Positions 1 to 10,142 of a DNA stretch of 64,000 nucleotides are shown here, piece after piece. The notes under the pieces were generated by a model. That model was not told the DNA's origin. It saw nothing but the letters and a program-made list of their open reading frames with translations, and did no database searches. The stretch covers positions 160,001 to 224,000 of the forward strand of contig CAXXMB010000001.1 of the NCBI GenBank assembly GCA_963668675.2, given 5' to 3'. The stretch comes from an uncultured Desulfatitalea sp. GTDB taxonomy: Bacteria > Desulfobacterota > Desulfobacteria > Desulfobacterales > Desulfosarcinaceae. The position numbers and the translations under genes are program-made. The first letter of the stretch is position 1. Every line of letters starts with the position of its first letter.

Positions 1-1413
1 GCGGACCGCATACTCGCCGCTGAAGGTGACATGTTCCACCTCTTCGACGAATTTTTGGAGTTTGCCCTCATGGACGATCTCCAGTTCTCCGTTTTCCACG
101 CGAACCATCAGCCCCCCGGCCGTGAAGGTGCCCACAAAAACGACCTTTTGGGCGTTCTGGCTGATGTTGATGAATCCCCCGGCCCCGGCCAGTTTGGGGC
201 CGAATTTGCTGACGTTCAGATTGCCGTGGCGATCGGCCTGGGCCGACCCCAGAAAGGCGATGTCCAGGCCGCCGCCGTCGTAAAAATCGAACTGGGAGGG
301 CTGGTCGATCAGGGCCTCAGTGTTGGTGGCGGCGCCGAAATTCAAGCCACCGGCCGGCAGACCGCCGATCACTCCCGGTTCGGCGGTCAGGGTGATCAGG
401 TCCAGCATCTTCTCTTCGTTGGCCACATTCGAAATGCCTTCGGGCATGCCGATGCCGAGGTTGACCACGCTGTTGGGCTTGAGCTCGAAGGCGGCGCGCC
501 GGGCGATGATTTTACGTTCGCTTATCTCCAGGGGCGCGATGGATTGAACCGGGACTTTGATCTCGGAGCTGAATGCGGGGTTGTAGCGGGTGCCAAAGGT
601 CTGCCAGTGATTGTCGGGCTCGGCGACCACGACGCAATCGACGAAGATACCCGGAATTTTTACATCGCGGGCATTGAGGGTGCCGCGGTCGGCAATGCGT
701 TCCACCTGAACGATCACAAAACCTTTGGTGTTGCGCACGGCCGTGGCAATGGCGAGCGATTCCAGGGTCAGCGCCTCCTTCTCCATGGTGATGTTGCCGT
801 CGGTGTCGGCGGTGGTGCCGCGCAGGATGGCCACGTGGATGGGGAAGGTCTTGTAGGCCAGATACTCCTGGTCGTCGATTTTGACCAGCTCGACCATCTC
901 CTCCTTGGTGATCTCATTGATTTTTCCGCCGCCGTTGCGCGGGTCCACAAAGGTTCCCAAACCGACCGACGTGATGGTGCGCGGTTTGTGAGCAGCGATG
1001 TCGCGGTACATATGGGAGATGACTCCCTGGGGCAGATTGTAGGCTTCGATCTGGTTGTCGAAGGCCAGTTTCTGGAGTTTGGGGACCAGGCCCCAGTGGC
1101 CGCCCACCACCCGTTTGATCAGCCCCGGGTGCCCGAGATGATTCAAGCCGCGATCGAAGCCGTCCCCCTGGCCGGCCGCGTAGACCAGTGTCAAGTCCCT
1201 GGGCTGCCGTGTTTTCAGGTAGTACTGCTCAAGGGCGATGGCAATATCTTCCGCGAAGCCGGTGCCCACAAAACCGCCGGTGGCCACCGTGTCTCCGTTG
1301 CGGATGATGCGCACCGCCTCTTCGGCTGATACGACCTTTCCCTTTTTGGCACGTTGAGGTGGCAGTGAAGACAACACCGGATGTCCGGTGGCGGGACGCT
1401 GTTCGCCGGTCAT
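1..1413 (-). CDS. Acyl-CoA:acetate/3-ketoacid CoA-transferase (YdiF/propionate CoA-transferase family), 3' end beyond window edge
   Basis: Manual minus-strand translation from ATG at 1413 (AAGGAG RBS): MTGEQRP...[30 protein letters not shown]. Runs off the window, so it is absent from the ORF track; the 31..1329 + ORF is its antisense shadow. Confidence 0.88.
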   Translation of the reverse strand, partial: MTGEQRPATGHPVLSSLPPQRAKKGKVVSAEEAVRIIRNGDTVATGGFVGTGFAEDIAIALEQYYLKTRQPRDLTLVYAAGQGDGFDRGLNHLGHPGLIKRVVGGHWGLVPKLQKLAFDNQIEAYNLPQGVISHMYRDIAAHKPRTITSVGLGTFVDPRNGGGKINEITKEEMVELVKIDDQEYLAYKTFPIHVAILRGTTADTDGNITMEKEALTLESLAIATAVRNTKGFVIVQVERIADRGTLNARDVKIPGIFVDCVVVAEPDNHWQTFGTRYNPAFSSEIKVPVQSIAPLEISERKIIARRAAFELKPNSVVNLGIGMPEGISNVANEEKMLDLITLTAEPGVIGGLPAGGLNFGAATNTEALIDQPSQFDFYDGGGLDIAFLGSAQADRHGNLNVSKFGPKLAGAGGFINISQNAQKVVFVGTFTAGGLMVRVENGELEIVHEGKLQKFVEEVEHVTFSGEYAVR

Positions 1414-1482
1414 AAACGGCCTCCTTGGTTTTTATGGCGAAAGGGCGGATTCGAACGTGAAATGCTTTCTGTAAACAAAGAA

Positions 1483-1498
1483 AGCAAGAACAGTGCCC
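1483..1498 (-). promoter_or_regulatory. Sigma54 (-24/-12) promoter for the CoA-transferase
   Basis: Minus strand reads GGGC-ACTGTTC-TTGCT, matching TGGC-N7-TTGC. Lies ~70 bp upstream of the start and next to a sigma54 activator gene. Confidence 0.7.
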
Positions 1499-1639
1499 AT
1501 GTCCTGGTTTGAAAGGGCGCATATGGACGATGCGAGCCATACACATCCGAACCTATTAGCGACGCCGGTACGAGGGCGGAGTGGTTGCGGTGCTTCCAAT
1601 CAATGGTGAGTTTGAAACGCTGTTCTGAACAAGGCCCTG

Positions 1640-1657
1640 TGTAGCTCTCATGATACA
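1640..1657. promoter_or_regulatory. Candidate upstream activator site (TGT-N12-ACA)
   Basis: TGTAGCTCTCATGATACA, ~145 bp upstream of the sigma54 motif; similar to the site at 3177..3194. Confidence 0.4.
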
Positions 1658-1669
1658 GTCGGGTGCGAT

Positions 1670-3148
1670 TTAATCGGGTTTGGGTGACAGGTCGTACTTC
1701 TTCATCTTTTTGTAGAGCAGGGTCCGGTGAATGCCGAGCTTGCGGGCGGCCTGGCTTTTATTGTAGCCGCTCGCCTTGAGGGCATAGACAATTGCCTCCT
1801 TTTCGGCCTTGTGCTGAACGTCCCGAATGGAAGCCGGCTTTTCGGCCAGGGATTGGGGCCCTTTGCGGTGGATATGGAAGGGCAGGTCGGTCAAGCGGAT
1901 CGTCTCCCCCTCCATGGCGGCCAGGGAGCGCTCCAGTGCGTTGGAGAGCTCTCTTACATTGCCGGGCCAATGATAATTGATCAATGCCCGTCGTGTCTCC
2001 GCATCGATGGCCGGCATGGGCAAGTTGGCCTCCCGGGACAACTGATCGAGCAGATGACCGCTCAATTCCATTATGTCTTCCCGGCGATCCCTTATTGGCG
2101 GAATGTGCAGGCGGATCACGTTGAGCCGGTAAAAGAGATCCTTTCGAAAGCCGCCCTGTTCGAGCATCTCTTCAAGTGGCTGGTTGGTGGCCGCAATCAA
2201 TCGAAAATCGGAGTGGATGACGTGGTTGCCCCCCACCCGTTCGAAGGACTTGTCCTCTATCACCCGCAGTAGTTTGGGCTGCATCTCCATGGGCAAATCC
2301 CCGATCTCGTCCAGAAGAATGGTTCCCCGGTGGGCCAGTTCGAACTTACCCGGCTTACCCCCCGGGTGGGCGCCGGTGAAAGCGCCCTTTTCATAGCCGA
2401 AGAGCTCGGACTCGAGCAGATCCTTGGGGTTGGCGGCGCAGTTGATCCTGACAAAGGGATAGAGTTTGCGGTCGCTCGCCTGATGGATGGCCTGGGCAAA
2501 CAGTTCCTTGCCGGTGCCGCTTTCACCTGATATCAACACCGGCGATCGGCCGGTGGCAGCCCTCAGCGCTTCTCGTTTCAGGCCGGCGATCGCATCACTT
2601 TTCCCGATAATGCTGTCCAGGGTATAGCGGGTAGCCCGAAGGCTGAGCAGTTCCTCCTCATAGTGCTGGACCATGGATTCAAGTAGCGTGAACTCCTTTG
2701 CCAGCTTGTGTACATCCCGCACATCCTTGAACATCACCTGCCCGAAGACGGCGATCACCTCGCCGTCTTTATGGATGGGAATACGTTGGACCACCATGTT
2801 CTGTCCATTGACCTCATGGGTGCTGTTGATCTCGGGCTTTCCGGTTTGGGCGACGATGTGCATGCGGGTGTTTTCCAGCACCTCGGTACAGTGGCGTCCG
2901 ATCTGGTCCTCAGGATCGATGCCAAGGAAGCGGCCATAGGGGCGATTAAAATGGGTTACGTATCCCAATGCATCTGTGACGATGGCGCCGTTGTGTATGC
3001 TGTTGAAGATCAGTTCGTACAGTTCCAGCTGCCGGTTGAGTTGCTCTACCATCGAGGCATCGGTTGGGATGGTTTCGGGACGCTCCTTTGCGCGCCCCTC
3101 CTGGGTTTGATCCCCTTCTAGCGGTTTGGCTGATGATCTTTTTTTCAT
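1670..3148 (-). CDS. PAS-domain sigma54-dependent transcriptional activator (AAA+ and Fis HTH)
   Basis: Walker A GESGTGKE, ESELFGYEKGAFTGA (GAFTGA loop), LLDEIG, YHWPGNVREL, C-terminal NKSQAARKLGIHRTLLYKK; N-terminal PAS. Confidence 0.95.
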   Translation of the reverse strand: MKKRSSAKPLEGDQTQEGRAKERPETIPTDASMVEQLNRQLELYELIFNSIHNGAIVTDALGYVTHFNRPYGRFLGIDPEDQIGRHCTEVLENTRMHIVAQTGKPEINSTHEVNGQNMVVQRIPIHKDGEVIAVFGQVMFKDVRDVHKLAKEFTLLESMVQHYEEELLSLRATRYTLDSIIGKSDAIAGLKREALRAATGRSPVLISGESGTGKELFAQAIHQASDRKLYPFVRINCAANPKDLLESELFGYEKGAFTGAHPGGKPGKFELAHRGTILLDEIGDLPMEMQPKLLRVIEDKSFERVGGNHVIHSDFRLIAATNQPLEEMLEQGGFRKDLFYRLNVIRLHIPPIRDRREDIMELSGHLLDQLSREANLPMPAIDAETRRALINYHWPGNVRELSNALERSLAAMEGETIRLTDLPFHIHRKGPQSLAEKPASIRDVQHKAEKEAIVYALKASGYNKSQAARKLGIHRTLLYKKMKKYDLSPKPD

Positions 3149-3176
3149 GACGTCTCACCGTATCAAAGTTGGTACA

Positions 3177-3194
3177 TGTCGCTATTTTGCTACA
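3177..3194. promoter_or_regulatory. Candidate upstream activator site (TGT-N12-ACA)
   Basis: TGTCGCTATTTTGCTACA (reverse complement TGTAGCAAAATAGCGACA), ~135 bp upstream of the sigma54 motif at 3327. Confidence 0.4.
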
Positions 3195-3326
3195 TACCTT
3201 AGCGCATGTTTTAGCGTCCGTCGATAGATAAATTTGAAAAATATGAATCTGAGTCAGAACCTAAACCCTTGTCATTCGAAGGCGTGCCGGCGGCCCTGAA
3301 AAAATAGGACACCTGTGCCAGGGCGA

Positions 3327-3342
3327 TGGCCTGAAGTTTGCT
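3327..3342 (+). promoter_or_regulatory. Sigma54 (-24/-12) promoter for the SDR-TRAP operon
   Basis: TGGC-CTGAAGT-TTGCT with exact consensus spacing, ~90 bp upstream of the SDR start. Confidence 0.72.
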
Positions 3343-3430
3343 TTTGTTGCCTGATGAAGCGCATCCATAACGGCTTCAGAGCATCCGCGGGATTTCAACC
3401 GATTCATCATTTGATGCAACCAAAGAGGAT

Positions 3431-4276
3431 ATGACCATGGAGATCCGGGAACCCGATATTTCTTCAGAGGAGATTCTTATTCTGAAAGATGCCCAGTTCC
3501 ACTCTGGCAATGTATGTGTGGTGTCGGGGTGCGGCACCGGCATCGGCCGCGCCTGTGCAGTGGCGGCAGCGGCCAACCATCTCATGGTGGTGGGGTTGGA
3601 TGTCAACGAGGAGGAGGCCGAGCGGACGCAGCAACTGGCCAGGAAGATGGGCGGCCAGATGATTTTTCTACCCACCGATCTGACCCGCGACGGACAGATC
3701 AAATCTGCTGTGCAAGAGGCTGCCAGGCTGGGGGCGATCAAGTTCCTCCTCAATATCGCCGGGATTCAGCACATCGACGCCATCGAGAATTTTCCCATGA
3801 GAAAATATGACCTGATGCAGAGAATCATGTTGAGGGCGCCCTTTCTACTGTCGAAGCTGACCATCCCCCACATGCGCAACAGTTCTGACGGGTGCGGCGT
3901 CATTGGCAACATGGCTTCCGTGCATGCCCATATCTGCACCCGCAACAAGGCGGTATACAACATCGTCAAATTCGGTCTGCGTGCCCTTTCCCAGTCGATT
4001 TCTGCTGAGGGAGAGGGGAGGATTCGCTCTTTCACGGTCAGCACCGGATTTGTCAAAACGCCCCTGGCCCTGAACCAGGTTCCGGCCCAGGCCAAGCAGA
4101 GAGGCATTACGCCCGAGGATGTGGTTCGTGACGTCATGATGGGGGCGTCGCGGGTCAAAGAGATGATGACCCCCATGGAGGTGGCCAACCTGTTTATCTT
4201 CGGCATGTCTGGCCATGGGAAATACATGGTTGGAAGCGATCTGCTGTTCGATGGCGGTATGGTCAAGACCTACTGA
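3431..4276 (+). CDS. SDR oxidoreductase, 3-hydroxybutyrate dehydrogenase-like
   Basis: SGCGTGIG nucleotide-binding motif, NIAGIQHIDAIENFP (BDH-like), SVH, catalytic YNIVK. Confidence 0.85.
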   Translation: MTMEIREPDISSEEILILKDAQFHSGNVCVVSGCGTGIGRACAVAAAANHLMVVGLDVNEEEAERTQQLARKMGGQMIFLPTDLTRDGQIKSAVQEAARLGAIKFLLNIAGIQHIDAIENFPMRKYDLMQRIMLRAPFLLSKLTIPHMRNSSDGCGVIGNMASVHAHICTRNKAVYNIVKFGLRALSQSISAEGEGRIRSFTVSTGFVKTPLALNQVPAQAKQRGITPEDVVRDVMMGASRVKEMMTPMEVANLFIFGMSGHGKYMVGSDLLFDGGMVKTY

Positions 4277-4292
4277 AAGTGAAGGATATCCG

Positions 4293-4319
4293 TTCTGCCC
4301 GGGACGATCCCGGGCAGAA
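4293..4319. other. Perfect 12-bp stem-loop between SDR and dctP (mRNA stabiliser or attenuator)
   Basis: TTCTGCCCGGGA-CGA-TCCCGGGCAGAA. Confidence 0.55.
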
Positions 4320-4362
4320 AGACATGCCAAACCACAAGGGAGAGGGTAAAAGGAGGTAAGAG

Positions 4363-5448
4363 ATGAGGCGATTTACTTGGGTCATGTTGACGGTATTTGC
4401 AGTGACGATCTGTTTTGGCGCCTTTGCGACCAGCGTATATGCCAAAGACAAGCCGGTGCTGCTTAAGGTGCCGATCTGTTTTGCGACATCGTTGCCCGGA
4501 CTTGGATCTACCATTAAGTGGATAGAAGACCGCATCAGCATTGCCAGCAACGGCAGCGTAAGAATGAAAGTGTACGAACCGGGGAAACTGGTGGCGCCCT
4601 TTGAAATACTGGGGGCGGTCTCCAATAAAAAGGTCAACGCCGGGTACAGTATATCGGGCTATTGGGAGGGAAAGATCCCGGGTTCGTCGATCTTCTCCAC
4701 GGTTCCCTTCGGTCCGGAGACCGGTGAGTTCCTGGCCTGGATGTACTACGGCAATGGGCTCAAACTCTATCAGAAGATGTATGATGATGCCGGCTTTAAT
4801 GTGCATGTTATCCCGTGCGGTATTATTGCACCGGAGACCTCCGGATGGTTTGACAAGCCGATCAACTCCCTCGACGACCTTAAAGGCCTGAAGATGCGCT
4901 TTTATGGCCTTGGCGGAAAGGCGCTGCAGAAGCTGGGCGTTTCGGTGAGCTTGATTCCGGGCGGGGAGATCTTCCCGGCACTGGAGAAGAAGGCCATCGA
5001 CGCCACCGAATTCTCCATGCCTGCCATCGATTCGCGGCTCGGTTTTTACAAGGTTGTCAAGAACAACTACTTTCCCGGCTGGCATCAGCAGGCCACCGTA
5101 TTCGAACTGCTGATCAACAAAGATGTCTGGAACGGTTTGAGCGAGAGTCAGAAGATGATTATCGAAATCATCTGCAAGGCAGCCACAGCCGACGCATTTG
5201 CCTACACAGAAGCGATTCAGGGCGCAGTGATTCGGGAGAACGTCGAGAAGCGCGGCGTCACGCTGCACTACTGGTCGGACGAAATGCTCAACAGCTTCCG
5301 CAAGGCATGGGAAGAGGTGGCTGCAGAGCTGAGTGCCGAATCCCCCATGTTCAAGGAGACTTGGGAGGACCTGAGCGCCTTTCGCAAGGATTATCGTTAC
5401 TGGCAGACCTATGGGTTCCTGCCGAGGCCCAAGGCGCCGACAAACTGA
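4363..5448 (+). CDS. dctP: TRAP transporter substrate-binding protein (TakP-like monocarboxylate binder)
   Basis: Signal peptide, DLKGLKMR, PGGEIFPALEKKAIDATEF, YFPGWHQ; AGGAGG RBS. Confidence 0.92.
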   Translation: MRRFTWVMLTVFAVTICFGAFATSVYAKDKPVLLKVPICFATSLPGLGSTIKWIEDRISIASNGSVRMKVYEPGKLVAPFEILGAVSNKKVNAGYSISGYWEGKIPGSSIFSTVPFGPETGEFLAWMYYGNGLKLYQKMYDDAGFNVHVIPCGIIAPETSGWFDKPINSLDDLKGLKMRFYGLGGKALQKLGVSVSLIPGGEIFPALEKKAIDATEFSMPAIDSRLGFYKVVKNNYFPGWHQQATVFELLINKDVWNGLSESQKMIIEIICKAATADAFAYTEAIQGAVIRENVEKRGVTLHYWSDEMLNSFRKAWEEVAAELSAESPMFKETWEDLSAFRKDYRYWQTYGFLPRPKAPTN

Positions 5449-5482
5449 AAGGTCGTTCGCAGCATCGATTTGCTATCTGTTC

Positions 5483-5573
5483 GGGCGGTGATACCCCCCG
5501 CCCCTGCGAGGCACTTCTGATAAGTGCATCTATTACACCTCAGTTGCCGTAGGGGCGGGCGTAATGCCCGCCC
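5483..5573. repeat. Pair of inverted GTAG-type REP-like palindromes
   Basis: GTAGGGGCGGGCGTAATGCCCGCCC (5549..5573) and an inverted degenerate copy GGGCGGTGATACCCCCCGCCCCTGC (5483..5507), between dctP and dctQ. Confidence 0.6.
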
Positions 5574-5650
5574 GCAACCCTTTGTTTTAATGCATAGCAT
5601 TGACAAAACACTTCAATCTTCCCCGCCTATCGGGGTTCGGGAAAAGAGCG

Positions 5651-6190
5651 ATGACCGAAGAGAGAAAAGATCAAGAGGTGCCCAACCGCTTTTGCGATCT
5701 CCTTGACAAGGTGATCCTCTCCATTGGCCACGTTGTGATGTGGAGCAATGTGGCCCTTGTCGTTGTGATTATCCTGCAGGTGGTTCTGCGCTACGGCTTT
5801 GGCAAAGGCCTGGTGGTTTTGGAAGAGCTGCAGTGGCATCTCTACGCTATCGGTATCATGTTCGGAGCCTCCTATGCGCAAGTCCTCGACTCTCACATCC
5901 GTGTAGACATCATCCATTCGCACCTGTCGGATCGGTGGAAAATGCGCTGGGACCTGTTCGGAATTGTCTTCCTCCTGCTGCCTTTTGTGGTGGTCATTTT
6001 TCTTCAGAGCCTTGATTTCGTTGAAGAGTCATTTCGTCTTGGAGAAAGCTCAGATGCACCCCTGGGGCTTCCCTGGCGATGGGCCATCAAAGGCGTGATC
6101 CCGGTCTCTTTCGCGCTTTTGGCTGTCGCCACCATCTCGCGTGCAGTGCGCATCTTCACCAACCCGGGGAGGCCTCAGCATGGAATTTAA
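5651..6190 (+). CDS. dctQ: TRAP transporter small permease
   Basis: Four TM segments, EELQWHLY, HIRVDI; ATG at 5651. Confidence 0.92.
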   Translation: MTEERKDQEVPNRFCDLLDKVILSIGHVVMWSNVALVVVIILQVVLRYGFGKGLVVLEELQWHLYAIGIMFGASYAQVLDSHIRVDIIHSHLSDRWKMRWDLFGIVFLLLPFVVVIFLQSLDFVEESFRLGESSDAPLGLPWRWAIKGVIPVSFALLAVATISRAVRIFTNPGRPQHGI

Positions 6191-7565
6191 TGACTATCTC
6201 GTCATCGCCATGTTCCTGACCTTTATCGGCCTGCTGTTTACCGGCTATCCGATTGCGTGGGTCCTGGGCGGGGTCGCGTGCCTTTTCACACTGGTGGGCT
6301 ACTGTTCCGATATGTGGTTCGGCACCATCACCGGGCTCGACTACCTCACTCTCGGCTTGGGGGTCAACCGCATTTACAAGTTTATGGACAATTGGGTTCT
6401 GGTGGCCCTTCCCATGTTTATCTTCATGGGGTTGATGCTCGACCGTTCAGGCATCGCCGAAGGCCTGATGAAGTCTATGCAGAACCTCTTCGGCAAGGTG
6501 CGGGGCGGGTTGGCCGTAACGGTGACCACGATCGGGATCATCCTGGCCGCTTCTACCGGAATTATCGGCGCCTCGGTGGTACTGTTGGGGCTGCTCTCCC
6601 TGCCGGCCATGATGAAGCAGGGGTACTCCAAGCAGTTGGCACTGGGCACCATTGCTAGCTCTGGCACACTGGGTATTTTAATTCCGCCCAGCATCATGCT
6701 GGTTATCATGGCAGATCAGTTGGGGCTCTCCGTGGGCGATCTCTTCATGGGAGCACTGCTACCGGGCGTTATTTTGGGCGCTTTGTATATTCTCTATATT
6801 TTGGCTTACTGCCTTGTCAAACCGGATTCGGCACCCCTTGATCCGGACCGCAGGCCGCTTGAGTTGCATATGATCTGGGACGTGCTGAAGCATATTTTTC
6901 CCCCAGCACTGCTGATTCTGGCCGTTCTGGGTTCGATCTTCGTCGGCATCACCACACCAACCGAAGCCAGCGGCGTCGGGGCGCTGGGGGCCACCATACT
7001 GGCGGCCGCCAACAAGAAGTTGAATTTCAGCGTCCTTGTCGATGTGACCAAGGCGTGTTTCAATACCACCGCCTATATCTTTGCCATCTTTCTGGGGGCA
7101 ACCTGCTTCGCCCTGGTCCTAAGGAGTCTGGGGGGCGACGAGTTTATCGAAAACATGCTCACCAATATCCCCTTCGGCCCATATGGTATCATGGCTGTGA
7201 TCCTCGGATGCATCTTCCTGCTCGGTTTTTTTCTGGACTGGATCGAAATTACCCTGATCGTCTTGCCGCTCATTGCGCCTGTGGTTTCAACACTGGGGTT
7301 TCACGTCGACGGGCACGGTGTCGTTGACAATCCGGAACTGGTATGGTTTGTCGTTCTCATTGCAGTGAGTCTGCAAACCTCCTTTCTCACTCCACCCGTG
7401 GGTTTTGCCCTCTTCTATCTCAAAGGAATCTGTCCGCCTGAAGTGCAACTGGTCGATATCTATAAAGGTGTTGTGCCGTTTATCATTCTCCAACTTATCG
7501 GTTTGATTATCGTCGCTCTTTTTCCGCAACTCGTCATTTGGCTGCCGGCGATAGCATACGGATAG
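6180..7565 (+). CDS. dctM: TRAP transporter large permease
   Basis: SGTLGILIPPSI, TPTEA, SFLTPPVGFALFY; ATG at 6180 with GGAGG RBS, overlapping the dctQ end. Confidence 0.93.
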   Translation: MEFNDYLVIAMFLTFIGLLFTGYPIAWVLGGVACLFTLVGYCSDMWFGTITGLDYLTLGLGVNRIYKFMDNWVLVALPMFIFMGLMLDRSGIAEGLMKSMQNLFGKVRGGLAVTVTTIGIILAASTGIIGASVVLLGLLSLPAMMKQGYSKQLALGTIASSGTLGILIPPSIMLVIMADQLGLSVGDLFMGALLPGVILGALYILYILAYCLVKPDSAPLDPDRRPLELHMIWDVLKHIFPPALLILAVLGSIFVGITTPTEASGVGALGATILAAANKKLNFSVLVDVTKACFNTTAYIFAIFLGATCFALVLRSLGGDEFIENMLTNIPFGPYGIMAVILGCIFLLGFFLDWIEITLIVLPLIAPVVSTLGFHVDGHGVVDNPELVWFVVLIAVSLQTSFLTPPVGFALFYLKGICPPEVQLVDIYKGVVPFIILQLIGLIIVALFPQLVIWLPAIAYG

Positions 7566-7714
7566 ATAAAGGGCGTATGAGAGCTGGAAAGTCCGAAAGT
7601 ATGAAAGTTAAGACGTTTGTTCCATGGGTAGGACTTGAGGGTTCCTTCACTCTTCAATGAAAGAATCGTCGTTTTAGCGGTTTTGAATTCCGGCAGTGCC
7701 GGATTGGGACATTT

Positions 7715-8959
7715 ATGATGAAGAATAGATATCTTTATACGAGCGTCGTTCTTGTTTGCCTCTGCTCGGTGTTGATCTTTTCGGGATCTTCTGAATGTCA
7801 GGTCAACAGCTCTTATATCCTTGGCGTGGCCCTGGGGATGAGCGGCACCGGCGAGCAGTACAGCCGACAGGCCCTTGAAGGAATCAAGCTGGCCGTCAGC
7901 GAGGTCAACGCCAACGGCGGTTTGCTTGGTACCCACACCATCCAATTGGCTGTGCGAGATACCCAGACCCGGCCGGACACCGCCGTCCTGGTCGTTCAAG
8001 ATCTCTTGAAAAGTGAAAAAGTGCGGTGTGTCATCGGCACCTATTCCAGTGCCGCCGCGCTGGCCATCAAACCGTTATTGAGAGAAGCGCGCGTCCTCCA
8101 TATCGCGCCGATCAGCAATTCGGAAGAGATTACATTGAAGGATCCCAGTCCATATACCTTTTCGGTGGTGCCCAATACTTACATGATGGCAAAAGGGGCG
8201 ATTGTGGGTATCGCCGATTTGGCCAAAGGTAAGGGTTGGCGCCGCTACGCCACCATTGCATCGGATTATGAATGGGGAAGATCGAGCCAGGCGTTGCAGG
8301 TCCAACACATGGAGCAGATCGCACCCTGGATCGAACTGGTAGGCGACTATTGGCCCAAACTGGGCCAGACGCGCTTCAACTCATTCATCGTGGATATCCA
8401 GGCGCGCAAGCCCGACTTCGTTCTCTCCTCCATCGCCGGCACCGATAACGGATTCTGGATGAGGGACGCGAGGGACTACAGGTTGTTCAAAGAGTTGGAG
8501 CAACCCGGTGGCCTGGTCAGTGTCACCGAACTGATGGCCCAGGCCAGCTCATTGCGCAGGGGCCTCTATGGCCGCTGCCGCGCCCCATTTTTCGCCCATA
8601 TGGATAACGCCATTATGGCCAGGTTCGTGGACGCATACAAGCTTCGATACGGACGCTATCCCTCGGATTGGGCGGTGATGGGATACGACGCCGTTATGGT
8701 GCTCTCCCAAGGGGCGACCAAAGCGGGTACTACTGAATCAGAGCAGGTAAGCAAAACCATGAAGGGAATGGCGGTTGATACAACCCGAGGCAGGCTTCAA
8801 TTCAGGGAGATCGACAACCAGCTCAGCTGTTCCGTCTACTTCGGTCGGGTGGCCGATGATCCGGCCTATCCGTTTCCCATCTACCACGACCTAATTGAAA
8901 TAAGGGCCCCCCAGAACTGGCGACCGAAGCAGGAGATTCTTGAAAAGATGATCGAGTAG
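7715..8959 (+). CDS. Branched-chain amino acid-type ABC transporter substrate-binding protein (no permease adjacent)
   Basis: Signal peptide, GIKLAVSEVNANGGLLG, IGTYSS, DYEWG, GYDA. Confidence 0.85.
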   Translation: MMKNRYLYTSVVLVCLCSVLIFSGSSECQVNSSYILGVALGMSGTGEQYSRQALEGIKLAVSEVNANGGLLGTHTIQLAVRDTQTRPDTAVLVVQDLLKSEKVRCVIGTYSSAAALAIKPLLREARVLHIAPISNSEEITLKDPSPYTFSVVPNTYMMAKGAIVGIADLAKGKGWRRYATIASDYEWGRSSQALQVQHMEQIAPWIELVGDYWPKLGQTRFNSFIVDIQARKPDFVLSSIAGTDNGFWMRDARDYRLFKELEQPGGLVSVTELMAQASSLRRGLYGRCRAPFFAHMDNAIMARFVDAYKLRYGRYPSDWAVMGYDAVMVLSQGATKAGTTESEQVSKTMKGMAVDTTRGRLQFREIDNQLSCSVYFGRVADDPAYPFPIYHDLIEIRAPQNWRPKQEILEKMIE

Positions 8960-9053
8960 CCACAGGTTGATAATCGTCCCGCCTGATGCTAACTCAGATC
9001 GCGTATTGCGCCCCACACAATAAGCGTCAGGTATCCTTTTGCCGCTGCTTTGT

Positions 9054-9144
9054 TGTTAACCCGGCAACCATGAACCACAACAAATGTCATTCCGGATCAA
9101 GTCCGGGATGACGGAGGTAGGACTCTTTACTTGTCGGTCTAATA
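9054..9144 (+). mobile_element. MITE copy, internally deleted and degenerate (91 bp)
   Basis: TGTTAACCCGGCAA...GTCATTCCGGATCAAGTCCGGGATGAC...TTGTCGGTCTAATA; same ends as the other four copies. Confidence 0.65.
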
Positions 9145-9325
9145 ATTCTTGCGTTGACGTTTCCCTGTGGCAAGACGGTCTTGATCTGCATATACGGCTT
9201 TGTTATGAATGCAAAGCTGGCGTTTATCACATTGATTTGAATTACGGCTGTTTATAGAGCTCTTTTTCGGTAAGAAAACGTTGTTCAGCGATGCATTGCA
9301 TTGGTGCGGAGAAGGAGGGGTTGCG

Positions 9326-10093
9326 ATGAGACCGAACAAAGCTTTGGAGGCCTGGCGGTTGGGAAGACAGACCATCGGTGGGTGGCTGAGCATCGGCAAT
9401 GCCTATTCGGCGGAGGTAATGGCCCATCTGGGGTTTGATTGGCTCTGTATCGATATGCAGCACGGCATGATCGGATACCAGGATCTGAAAAGCATGCTTC
9501 CTGCGATTTCGACCACCGGCGTTACCCCCCTGGTGCGGGTGCCCTGGAACGATCCGGCCACGATTATGAAGACCCTGGATGCCGGCGCCTATGGTGTCAT
9601 CGTGCCGATGATCAATGGCCGGGAAGATGTACTCAAGGCGATATCGGCGTGTCGCTATCCGCCTGAGGGGCAGCGATCCTTCGGGCCGATTCGGGCGGCC
9701 CTCTATGGCGGCAAAGGGTATGCGGGCGAGGCGAACTCGCAGATGGCCTGCATCGCCATGATCGAGACCCGTCAGGCGCTGGACAACCTTGAGGAGATCG
9801 TAACGACCCCCGGACTGGACGGCCTCTATATCGGCCCATCCGATTTGGCCCTGGCACTGGGGCTCGCCCCGGCAGGCGATAACAACGATCCAACCCATGT
9901 GGAGACGGTATCCCATATCTTCAACACATGCCGCTCGCATGGCCTTGCGGTGGGGATTCATACCTGGAGTTTGGAATACACCCGAAGATATCTTGATCAG
10001 GGATTTCAATTCGTCACCCTGGGATCCGACAGCGGCTTCATGGCGCGGAAGGCGTCGGCCGAATTGAGAGAGGCCAGAAGCGTGTTGAAATAG
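9326..10093 (+). CDS. HpcH/HpaI-family aldolase
   Basis: GFDWLCIDMQHG, LDAGAYGVIVPM, MIET, YIGPSDL; AAGGAGG RBS before ATG 9326. Confidence 0.92.
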   Translation: MRPNKALEAWRLGRQTIGGWLSIGNAYSAEVMAHLGFDWLCIDMQHGMIGYQDLKSMLPAISTTGVTPLVRVPWNDPATIMKTLDAGAYGVIVPMINGREDVLKAISACRYPPEGQRSFGPIRAALYGGKGYAGEANSQMACIAMIETRQALDNLEEIVTTPGLDGLYIGPSDLALALGLAPAGDNNDPTHVETVSHIFNTCRSHGLAVGIHTWSLEYTRRYLDQGFQFVTLGSDSGFMARKASAELREARSVLK

Positions 10094-10142
10094 CAAAGAT
10101 CGCGTCGTTTTTTGTCCATACCAATGGTTCGAGGGAGAATTC

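Noticed and set aside
31..1329. 432-aa plus-strand ORF (likewise 4270..5268 -, 9242..10291 -, 24099..25112 +, 36139..37560 -, 47739..48761 -)
   Set aside because: Antisense shadows of well-supported genes in GC-rich DNA; no motifs of their own.
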